Source: a virus (taxonomy: Duplodnaviria; Caudoviricetes). Taken from it: 64,000 nucleotides of DNA. The stretch spans positions 1-64,000 of IMG/VR virus record IMGVR_UViG_3300032234_000388, one strand, 5' to 3'. The position numbers and the translations under genes were made by a program. Below, one piece after another: positions 29,612-36,799 of this stretch. The notes under the pieces were generated by a model. It searched no databases. It was not told the origin of the DNA and saw only the letters and a list, made by a program, of their open reading frames with translations. The first letter of the stretch is position 1, and every line of letters starts with the position of its first letter.

Positions 29612-29832
29612 GAGCTACGGGCGGATGATGGCAGTCCTAGGGAACATCCTTAATGCAGAGACAACTCAAACGCGGGCCAACTCTGCGCCCACCTATTTGA
29701 AGAGTGCCGGCGGGTGTGGCTTTTTTACAACAGACCCCGCTGCTACACGCATGCGTGCATCTAGGTAGATGGTTGACAAAAGAACAAATTGGTGCTATAC
29801 TGTTTATAACTTAACAAAGTAAGGAGCGGAAG

Positions 29833-29970
29833 ATGGAATTACTTATAGCATTCGTAGCAGGACTTGTGGTAATGGATGTATTGTGGGCTTGGCGTTTGGG
29901 CATTCCGCAGGCTATGTATTATCGTTTTAAACATCGCAATGACCCTAAATCTAACTTCGAGCAGGAGTAA
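29833..29970 (+). CDS. 45-aa membrane peptide (not in ORF track)
   Basis: GGAGCGGA RBS; MELLIAFVAGLVVMDVLWAW... Confidence 0.65.
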   Translation: MELLIAFVAGLVVMDVLWAWRLGIPQAMYYRFKHRNDPKSNFEQE

Positions 29971-29972
29971 TC

Positions 29973-30101
29973 ATGCTTAAAATTATTGTAGCATTCGCAG
30001 CAGGGATGTTCGTGGCAACTGTGGGAGTGTCTGGTGTTGCCAACGCAGTAGACAAGGCTGTAGGCAAGACACAAGAAGTTATGAAGGAGACTGTTAAGTG
30101 A
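29973..30101 (+). CDS. 42-aa membrane peptide (not in ORF track)
   Basis: AGGAG RBS; MLKIIVAFAAGMFVATVGVSG... Confidence 0.65.
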   Translation: MLKIIVAFAAGMFVATVGVSGVANAVDKAVGKTQEVMKETVK

Positions 30102-30241
30102 GCTACAGACCTACATACGAAGATCCAGAGTATTACGACGATGCAGAATCTAACGAAGGCGATTGGCAGGAAATGCCCTCTGAACAAGAAGTCAACGAGA
30201 TGGCAGACTCTTATAGCCCTTATGTCACGGTGAACTCATGA
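30098..30241 (+). CDS. 47-aa acidic peptide (not in ORF track)
   Basis: AAGGAG RBS; GTGA and ATGA coupling. Confidence 0.6.
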   Translation: MSYRPTYEDPEYYDDAESNEGDWQEMPSEQEVNEMADSYSPYVTVNS

Positions 30242-30534
30242 GCAGACTAGAATACTATTCACGCCCTTGGGTAGCGTTCGATGCGGATAACAAAGAGCAC
30301 AGACGCTATTACGCAGAGTTCCTAAAGTTTAACACCTGGGGACGTTGCCCTGTAAGGTTCCTAGTCACAGACGAACACGGCATGGATCTGCCTACGATGA
30401 TTCGCAACAAGCTCTGCGAATACTACGTGGCACAGGAGTTCAAGCGGGAGAAGCTGGAGAAGAGGAATCACCCTAAGCATCGTAAGGTTATTGGGTTGAC
30501 AAATGGCGGCAAAGGTGTTATACTAGAGGTATAG
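30238..30534 (+). CDS. hypothetical protein
   Basis: Coupled ORF. Confidence 0.7.
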   Translation: MSRLEYYSRPWVAFDADNKEHRRYYAEFLKFNTWGRCPVRFLVTDEHGMDLPTMIRNKLCEYYVAQEFKREKLEKRNHPKHRKVIGLTNGGKGVILEV

Positions 30535-30554
30535 TAAACAATTTGGAGCGAAAG

Positions 30555-30821
30555 ATGTACTTACAAATCCTATCCGAAGACGAACAACAGACTGTGGTGC
30601 GTGCCTTACGTGGCCCACAGTTTGATCGCAAACGCCACGGTGGCCTATACGATCGTGGATCAGCAGACTCATACTATGGCCGCCCACGTGATCCGCATTG
30701 GTATCCTGAGGGCAGCTACGAAGGCGAGCCAGTGGAGTCCTTGACCCCTGCAGAGATCGAAGAGTACTTGGCAGGCTACGATTACAACGAACAGTACGGC
30801 CACAAGAAAGACTACTCCTAA
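30555..30821 (+). CDS. hypothetical protein (HGGLYDRGSADSYYGR motif)
   Basis: ATG at 30555 follows GGAGCGAA. Confidence 0.75.
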   Translation: MYLQILSEDEQQTVVRALRGPQFDRKRHGGLYDRGSADSYYGRPRDPHWYPEGSYEGEPVESLTPAEIEEYLAGYDYNEQYGHKKDYS

Positions 30822-31156
30822 TGGAAGCCCTTAGAGAGACAACTGATTGGGCAGTGCCTGGTCACACCTATCTGCTAGATGGTACAACACTTGTTGCCTA
30901 CATCAAGAAGGGTGAAACCGAGCCTTTCTACTTCAGCAAAGGCATCAAAGGGTTTGACAAGCGAGGCCGTAAGTTTGTACCCGCAGACAAGAGTCTCTTT
31001 GAGCAGTCCGCTAGCACGAACTTGATCGAAGTGCAGGGAAGCAAGGGTGCCGTCTACTATGTAGATCCTGAATTGCATTCATGTACCTGTCCGGGGTTCA
31101 CGTTCCGAGGAAAATGCAAACACACAGACGTTTTGGTTGACAATTTGGTTGTTTGA
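30821..31156 (+). CDS. SWIM zinc-finger protein
   Basis: GSKG..Y.V...CTCPGF..RGKCKH. Confidence 0.8.
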   Translation: MEALRETTDWAVPGHTYLLDGTTLVAYIKKGETEPFYFSKGIKGFDKRGRKFVPADKSLFEQSASTNLIEVQGSKGAVYYVDPELHSCTCPGFTFRGKCKHTDVLVDNLVV

Positions 31157-31201
31157 TGTTATACTATTAACACTAAGAGATTAACTAGAAGGAGCGAACA
31201 A

Positions 31202-31387
31202 ATGGTACAACTCGAAGACATCCGTGAAGGCAGCATCGTAATCGTCCGTGGGGACTTTGGTCAAGGCCGTCCACGTGAAGTGGTTGTAGAAGCTGTCGAG
31301 GCCGATATCAAGAACGGCCGCCCAGGGATCGATTACGCAGGCAGTTGGGCCTACCTCACCCAGGTTGATCGCGTGGTGAGCTACTGA
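31202..31387 (+). CDS. small SH3-like hypothetical protein
   Basis: GGAGCGAA RBS. Confidence 0.7.
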   Translation: MVQLEDIREGSIVIVRGDFGQGRPREVVVEAVEADIKNGRPGIDYAGSWAYLTQVDRVVSY

Positions 31388-31605
31388 TGAAGAAGTACAC
31401 CTACTGGCGCAACTCTATCGTGGCAGAGTTCTACGAAGTAGTGGCAGAGAACGAAGAACAGGCCTATCAGCAGCTCATGGATGGGTGCCACGATCCGGTT
31501 CATACAGAGTTTGTAGACTGGGCCACAGGTACCTACGAGATCGAAGACGTTGAAGAACTAGACCCTTTATATCGTATGGTTAAAGACTATGACAGACAGG
31601 TTTGA
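31387..31605 (+). CDS. acidic hypothetical protein
   Basis: TGATG coupling. Confidence 0.7.
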   Translation: MKKYTYWRNSIVAEFYEVVAENEEQAYQQLMDGCHDPVHTEFVDWATGTYEIEDVEELDPLYRMVKDYDRQV

Positions 31606-31858
31606 TAAGTTTGTTTGGTTTGTGCTCAGAGAAGAGGACAAGCAACTCCTAGCCCAGTATCGCAGTCCCAGCAATGAGACCAGCTTGTTTAAACAGATCC
31701 CTATAGAACACGTGGATCGAGTTAAGAAACTGGTTAGGCAACTAGGGCTGAATCCCAGGATAGTCTACCGTGGACCCCGTACACATCAGATCGATCCCAG
31801 CTTTACCCGTAAGGTAGATGCCCAAAGATTTACAGTTTATCATCGTGATTTTGGTTGA
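31589..31858 (+). CDS. hypothetical protein
   Basis: RIVYRGPR motif. Confidence 0.65.
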   Translation: MTDRFDKFVWFVLREEDKQLLAQYRSPSNETSLFKQIPIEHVDRVKKLVRQLGLNPRIVYRGPRTHQIDPSFTRKVDAQRFTVYHRDFG

Positions 31859-31910
31859 CATTTTGAGCAATTGATGTTATACTATTAACACTGAGAGATT
31901 AGGAGCGAAG

Positions 31911-32054
31911 ATGAAATACACAGTGATAACAAAGCAGGGCAAGATCAAGCAGTTCTATATCGAATCAGTGGCACAGATGTATGTGAACCTAAAAGGCGGT
32001 GTTGTTTTTACGCAACAAATTTTGGTTGACAATCCTGTCCAAACTGTAGTATAA
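31911..32054 (+). CDS. 47-aa hypothetical protein (not in ORF track)
   Basis: Own promoter and GGAGCGAA RBS; MKYTVITKQGKIKQFYIESVAQMY... Confidence 0.7.
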   Translation: MKYTVITKQGKIKQFYIESVAQMYVNLKGGVVFTQQILVDNPVQTVV

Positions 32055-32079
32055 TATACACATACTAAGGAGAGCGACG

Positions 32080-32280
32080 ATGTATGATATTGTGACTAAC
32101 CCGATTCCTAAAACAGGATTCTTTGCTACCCCTGAATCATATCAGGATTTGATGGACTACTTGGATCGGTTCAACGGTTCAGAGAAAGCCCTGGCAATGA
32201 CTATTGCTTGTATGAGTCTTAACCTAGCACACAAACTGGTTGAAGACAACATTCTTAACAAAGAAGTATTCGGACAATAA
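32080..32280 (+). CDS. hypothetical protein
   Basis: Own promoter and GGAGAGCGAC RBS. Confidence 0.7.
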   Translation: MYDIVTNPIPKTGFFATPESYQDLMDYLDRFNGSEKALAMTIACMSLNLAHKLVEDNILNKEVFGQ

Positions 32281-32289
32281 GGAGCCTGT

Positions 32290-32916
32290 ATGCCAAATTG
32301 GTGTTCAAACAACCTAGTTCTAACACACGAAGATCCAGCAATGATCAAGCGTGCCTATGATGCACTTGAGCGTGGCGAGTTCCTTAGTGAGTTCATTCCA
32401 GTTCCTGAGCAACTTAAGATTGTTGCTGGCATGGTCAGTGATGAAGCAGAGCAGGCTAAGTTAGAAGCAGACACTGCTCGCAACTTAGAAGAGTTGGGCT
32501 ACGGCAACTGGTATGACTTCTGCGTAGGTGAGTGGGGAACCAAATGGGACTGCGGTGAGCAGGGCAACAGCGATATCCACCCAGGCGGTCGGATGCTACA
32601 CACATTCTTTGAATCAGCGTGGAGCCCTCCGGTTAATGCCTACGAGAAGTTAGTGGACATGGGTTTTGGTGTAGAAGCCATGTATTACGAAGGTGGTATG
32701 GCCTATGCTGGCACATGGAGCAACGGCAACGACGACTACATTGATCTCAGCGAGTTGGGTGCAGACGATATCGAGCGTGACTACCCTGAAATCGACGAGT
32801 GCTTTGGTATCTCAGAGTGCATGCGTGAGTATGAAGCAGACAACCAAGAAGAATTGTCAGAGTGGCTCAAAGACGGTGTTGAGCAGAACAAGAAACTGGG
32901 GTTGATCGCACAATGA
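32290..32916 (+). CDS. DUF1281/YubB-like ferredoxin-fold protein
   Basis: MPNWCSN...WYDFC..EWGTKWD...FESAWSPP...YYEGG. Confidence 0.8.
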   Translation: MPNWCSNNLVLTHEDPAMIKRAYDALERGEFLSEFIPVPEQLKIVAGMVSDEAEQAKLEADTARNLEELGYGNWYDFCVGEWGTKWDCGEQGNSDIHPGGRMLHTFFESAWSPPVNAYEKLVDMGFGVEAMYYEGGMAYAGTWSNGNDDYIDLSELGADDIERDYPEIDECFGISECMREYEADNQEELSEWLKDGVEQNKKLGLIAQ

Positions 32917-33089
32917 GAGAGATGAAGTTCCAATTTACAGTGATCTGCGCCGGCGAAGGCCGGGCAGATGACACACTGGTCGAATCCATGATTGATTTGG
33001 CCATGCAGGATCTGGTCTATGACGACGAGTTTGTCGCCGCCCTAGACGAGAAAGAAGCAGTGACCATTCAGGTGTCTAGAATTGGATAA
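32913..33089 (+). CDS. 58-aa acidic protein (not in ORF track)
   Basis: ATGA coupling. Confidence 0.6.
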   Translation: MREMKFQFTVICAGEGRADDTLVESMIDLAMQDLVYDDEFVAALDEKEAVTIQVSRIG

Positions 33090-33182
33090 TTGAATGGTTG
33101 ACTGTTTGGGCTAGCTATGTTATAATAGTAGCTCGAGTAGTAGTAACTTAACTTTAACACACACAGAAGGAAGTAGACTAAA

Positions 33183-33485
33183 ATGGCAACAGCAAAGAAA
33201 TTCGCAGTAGCAGGTGTTTCAACTCTAGCAGGTAAGACTAAGATTCGTTTCGCCAACGATACAATGCGCATCAAGATCTTGGCTAAAAACGGACACACAA
33301 ACGTTGAGTTGGTCAGCCTCCCACACGAGATGACCAAGGGTGAGATCGCAGCACACTTGACCAGCATTGGTTTTGGCTCAGGATCTCCAGCTGTACAAGC
33401 AGCTATTAGCTATATAGCTAAGAAGAATCCAGCTCCAGAAGCTGTGAAGACTCCTGCCGTGAAGGCAGCAGCAGTTACTGCCTAA
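33183..33485 (+). CDS. small basic Ala/Lys-rich protein
   Basis: Own promoter, AGGAAG RBS; KIRFAND..RIKILAKNGH. Confidence 0.8.
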   Translation: MATAKKFAVAGVSTLAGKTKIRFANDTMRIKILAKNGHTNVELVSLPHEMTKGEIAAHLTSIGFGSGSPAVQAAISYIAKKNPAPEAVKTPAVKAAAVTA

Positions 33486-33520
33486 ACCGATTCGCTCCCG
33501 GGATTGGCAGTTTGTGGTAC

Positions 33521-33550
33521 ACCCAGGCCCTAAAAAGCCTGGGTTTTTTT
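33521..33550 (+). terminator. intrinsic terminator
   Basis: acccaggc-cctaaaaa-gcctgggt-tttttt. Confidence 0.8.
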
Positions 33551-33632
33551 GTGGCTCTAATACAACACCGTTTGGATTGCATTTTGGACAAAGTTGTGTT
33601 ATACTAACAGTATTAACACATAGGAGCTAACA

Positions 33633-33860
33633 ATGCTAAACACAACACATAAACGAGTTACACTAATAAAAGAAGTTATGTGGAACGAGCAAATGGACGG
33701 CAACGAACTGTTTGATGCTGTACTTAAGGACGAAGCTGGGGAAGTGCGTGTTATGCGTTGCTGTGAGTGCTTTGACATAGACTTTTTTATGCAGCATGAG
33801 TGGGACGACTGCATTACACTAGAGGAATACGTTGTAGAATACATTGACAACTGGAAATAA
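33633..33860 (+). CDS. acidic hypothetical protein (TC/CC-free island gene 1)
   Basis: Own promoter and GGAGCTAA RBS; no Pro or Ser. Confidence 0.75.
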   Translation: MLNTTHKRVTLIKEVMWNEQMDGNELFDAVLKDEAGEVRVMRCCECFDIDFFMQHEWDDCITLEEYVVEYIDNWK

Positions 33861-33870
33861 GGAGCGGACT

Positions 33871-34161
33871 ATGCTAACAACAACAACACAATTACGTGAA
33901 ATTATTAGAGAAGTGCTAGCGGACGTTGGCGGCGCAGCTTGGACTACTTGGACTGACAGAAGAGCACACGAACGCAAACAACGAACTAACATGCGCTATG
34001 TAGTGTTTAAAATTGACAGAGTTGGCAGAGACGGAGACATAGGCTGTGTTGAGGCACGTGTTAACGTGTTGTTGCGTATACGCGGATTTAGCAACAGAGT
34101 GCGTGTTACTAGCAATTATAAATTTGGCGGCTACTTACGTGCTAATGCACAATTAGGTTGA
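33871..34161 (+). CDS. basic hypothetical protein (TC/CC-free island gene 2)
   Basis: GGAGCGGACT-ATG; no Pro. Confidence 0.75.
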   Translation: MLTTTTQLREIIREVLADVGGAAWTTWTDRRAHERKQRTNMRYVVFKIDRVGRDGDIGCVEARVNVLLRIRGFSNRVRVTSNYKFGGYLRANAQLG

Positions 34162-34217
34162 CATTTTGGACAATGTGTGCTATAATGTACACATAAACTA
34201 AGCAACTAGGAGCGAAA

Positions 34218-34457
34218 ATGAATAAAATTAAAATTGTAGACACAGTGGATAACAGGTACTTTGTTAGTGCTACAACTAGCGGAAGTACTAGCGACATTTA
34301 CTTAACAGATGGCACTACAACTGTTAAGCTAGAGGACTGTTTAATTTGGGACAGTGAGCTGTTTGAGGACGCGGAGTTTTACGACGTTGTTAAACACTGT
34401 AAAGCTAACGGCGGAGTAGGAGTAGACAGCTACGAGGGCTGGAGCATTGTTGCATAA
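34218..34457 (+). CDS. acidic hypothetical protein (TC/CC-free island gene 3)
   Basis: Own promoter and GGAGCGAA RBS; no Pro; all Ser encoded by AGY. Confidence 0.75.
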   Translation: MNKIKIVDTVDNRYFVSATTSGSTSDIYLTDGTTTVKLEDCLIWDSELFEDAEFYDVVKHCKANGGVGVDSYEGWSIVA

Positions 34458-34539
34458 AGCGGTTGACAAATTGGACAAAAGGTGTTATACTACACATGTA
34501 GTACAAATTAACTAACTTCGGAAAAGAAAGAAAGAACAT

Positions 34540-34764
34540 ATGAACAAATACCAAAAGGCCGCAGCCCTAGACCTCGTCAAAATTACGGGCATCGTAGTAG
34601 CAGTCAGCATCACAATGAACATACTGGCCCTGTACTTCACAGTGGCACAGATCCTAATTGGACTAGGTCTAATCCTAATGACCTACACGGGCTACAACCT
34701 GTTCCAACTGCGTGTGGATCAGTTACGAACCCTGGACGAGATCCGCGAGCGTCAGAGTAAATAA
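34540..34764 (+). CDS. small 2-TM membrane protein
   Basis: Own promoter; two hydrophobic segments. Confidence 0.7.
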   Translation: MNKYQKAAALDLVKITGIVVAVSITMNILALYFTVAQILIGLGLILMTYTGYNLFQLRVDQLRTLDEIRERQSK

Positions 34765-34768
34765 TACT

Positions 34769-35164
34769 ATGGAACTATTGATCGCTACGCTAATAGCATT
34801 TGCCGCAGGTTGGTACGCGGGCAGCTGGATAACCACACACCTGTTGGCCTTGAGCTTCCGACAGATCCTCCAGGATTTGGGGGTAAAGAACTCACAACTG
34901 CGTGCTTTGGCGGAGGATGTGGGCATAGAACTCCCAGCTGTGAACGAGAGCACTGAATCCGGGGATCAGCTAACACCCCTAGAGATAGTCCTGGAGCAGC
35001 ATCAGGGCGTGCTCTATGCTTACCGCAAGGACAACCAACAGTTCCTAGGCCAGGGCACAGATCGTGAGGGCCTGATCGATAGTATATCAAAGCGTATGAC
35101 GGATGTACGTCTAATCATAGATTCTGCAGACGGCGCTGATCTGTTGCAAAAACGCAACACATAA
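34769..35164 (+). CDS. membrane-anchored hypothetical protein
   Basis: TAAATA 5 nt before the ATG; N-terminal TM. Confidence 0.7.
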   Translation: MELLIATLIAFAAGWYAGSWITTHLLALSFRQILQDLGVKNSQLRALAEDVGIELPAVNESTESGDQLTPLEIVLEQHQGVLYAYRKDNQQFLGQGTDREGLIDSISKRMTDVRLIIDSADGADLLQKRNT

Positions 35165-35204
35165 ATCGGTTGACATTTTGGCTGTTTCTGTGTATAATGT
35201 ACAC

Positions 35205-35438
35205 ATGAACACACAAAAGCTAAACGAACTAATTCAATGGACGGGCACAGTATTTGTGCTCTGTATGTACGCTGCAATGAACCTAGCACCCACAAACACA
35301 ACACTGATACAACTGTTGGGACTGTTGGGTGCAGCCAGCTTCTTTGCATGGACTGTGCGTGTTCGGAACCGTCCGCAGCAGTTGATTAATGTAGTGGCTA
35401 TTGTGTTATGCGTAGTAGGACTAGCAAAGGGACTATAA
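35205..35438 (+). CDS. small 3-TM membrane protein (leaderless start)
   Basis: ATG 7 nt after TATAAT. Confidence 0.7.
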   Translation: MNTQKLNELIQWTGTVFVLCMYAAMNLAPTNTTLIQLLGLLGAASFFAWTVRVRNRPQQLINVVAIVLCVVGLAKGL

Positions 35439-35443
35439 GAACT

Positions 35444-35677
35444 ATGATTACTATTAGTGGACTAACACCCAAACAAAAGGCCCTGCTCACAGTCATGTGG
35501 GACATAGACAGTGTAGAACGAGTACAGGAGTTCATCCGTACACTGCCTGCAGCTGATGCACGTGATGCACACAGTCTACTGCAGATGGCCATATGGGAAT
35601 CAATTGAACAACAGGAAGGACTAGAAGAGTATGAGCAATTGGCTAAAGATTGTATTAGTCGTACTAGCAGTAAGTAG
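35444..35677 (+). CDS. hypothetical protein
   Basis: MITISGLTPKQKALL... Confidence 0.65.
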   Translation: MITISGLTPKQKALLTVMWDIDSVERVQEFIRTLPAADARDAHSLLQMAIWESIEQQEGLEEYEQLAKDCISRTSSK

Positions 35678-35843
35678 TACAGCAGGCTGTAGCATTCTGC
35701 AGCAGGATCGTAGGGATGCGCCCTGGGACCCTAAGGGCAGCCGCACACTGTTGGATCAGATACCCAATGAAGATGGCGCTGCACTCAAGAGGTGTTGTGG
35801 CCATTTGAGACAGTGTTCTGCACACCAGACGCCGAGGTGTTGA
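35631..35843 (+). CDS. small putative lipoprotein
   Basis: Signal peptide ending STAGC. Confidence 0.6.
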   Translation: MSNWLKIVLVVLAVSSTAGCSILQQDRRDAPWDPKGSRTLLDQIPNEDGAALKRCCGHLRQCSAHQTPRC

Positions 35844-36179
35844 GGTCGGTCGGTGGACCATCAGGTGGTGGTGGGGTGGCTGGGGCTATATGTTAGTAGC
35901 TGCTAACTTAGCTAGTAGTGGTAGCAAATCACCACCTTGAAATGAAAAGTACTCCACCCTAATTTTTTTGCGCTCTAATTTTTAGGCCTCTAGGACCCAT
36001 TTGGGCTACATATTAATCTATGCAAATTCCCACACAGTATCCCACTCTAGATTTCATTGACATTATCATTCTACTAGAACTCATACAAAATCGCCTTGCC
36101 CTCACTGTTTTTCAATTGTAAAAAAACTGCGCGGCCATTTTTTATTCTAGCTAGACCCATTTGGGCAATATATAATACT

Positions 36180-36362
36180 ATGAACGATCTCTACAACGAA
36201 ACCATTGAACGTCACGGTAAGACCTATCGCTACGACCCAGATCATGACTGCTACTATGCTGTACACTGTGATCGATCACCATGGGATCAATGGGGCTGGA
36301 TTGTTGTGATACTGGTGTTGAGCGCAATTGCTTTATACTTTGAATTTAGCCCTATTAGATAG
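36180..36362 (+). CDS. small membrane protein
   Basis: MNDLYNE...C-terminal TM. Confidence 0.55.
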   Translation: MNDLYNETIERHGKTYRYDPDHDCYYAVHCDRSPWDQWGWIVVILVLSAIALYFEFSPIR

Positions 36363-36393
36363 TCAATTGGCTCTAGGCTAGTAAATACTGGAT

Positions 36394-36618
36394 ATGCTTA
36401 TAGTATATCTAGAGCCATTTCAACAGCGTCAATATCAGTTGATACAAAGCTGGGGCACACACGTTCGTGCATGGCCTAGATCATGGTCGCAGCAGGATTT
36501 ATATAACGCAGCCATTCCCACTGATTGGTGGCTGTTGTTCAGCACTGCGCAGTACGCTGATCTATGGTTATTACAGTATCCAGAACAAAGTAGAATTATA
36601 CGCACACTGTTTGATTGA
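36394..36618 (+). CDS. hypothetical protein
   Basis: TAAATA 6 nt before the ATG. Confidence 0.55.
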   Translation: MLIVYLEPFQQRQYQLIQSWGTHVRAWPRSWSQQDLYNAAIPTDWWLLFSTAQYADLWLLQYPEQSRIIRTLFD

Positions 36619-36799
36619 GTTTCGGGATCACTGTACACGCACCGTAGATCAAAGATCCGGGGCCACTACGAGATCTACTGTTTCTGCGCTACCGCTGCGC
36701 TGCTTCGCAGCTTACTTCGTAATTACGCAAAAAAATTTTTGCGCTGTCGCTTCGCTATCATAAATTAGCCACAGCTTGAAATCTGCTCTTAAATACCCC

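Larger units (their letters stand above)
21987..35198 (+). promoter_or_regulatory. array of ~16 near-consensus sigma70 early promoters
   Basis: TTGACA(or variant)-17/18-TATAAT/TATACT with -35 at 21987, 22685, 23867, 24377, 25980, 26456, 27134, 28361, 29773, 30496, 31137, 31855, 32026, 33098, 33577, 34158, 34463, 35170. Confidence 0.9.

Noticed and set aside
33570-34518. UV-dimer avoidance as the explanation for the island
   Set aside because: TT and CT remain common on the + strand and the template strand is rich in TC/CC, so general dipyrimidine avoidance does not fit.
21987-35198. CRISPR-like regularly recurring repeats
   Set aside because: The repeats are promoter/RBS modules with irregular spacing and genes between them; no constant repeat-spacer period and no cas genes.
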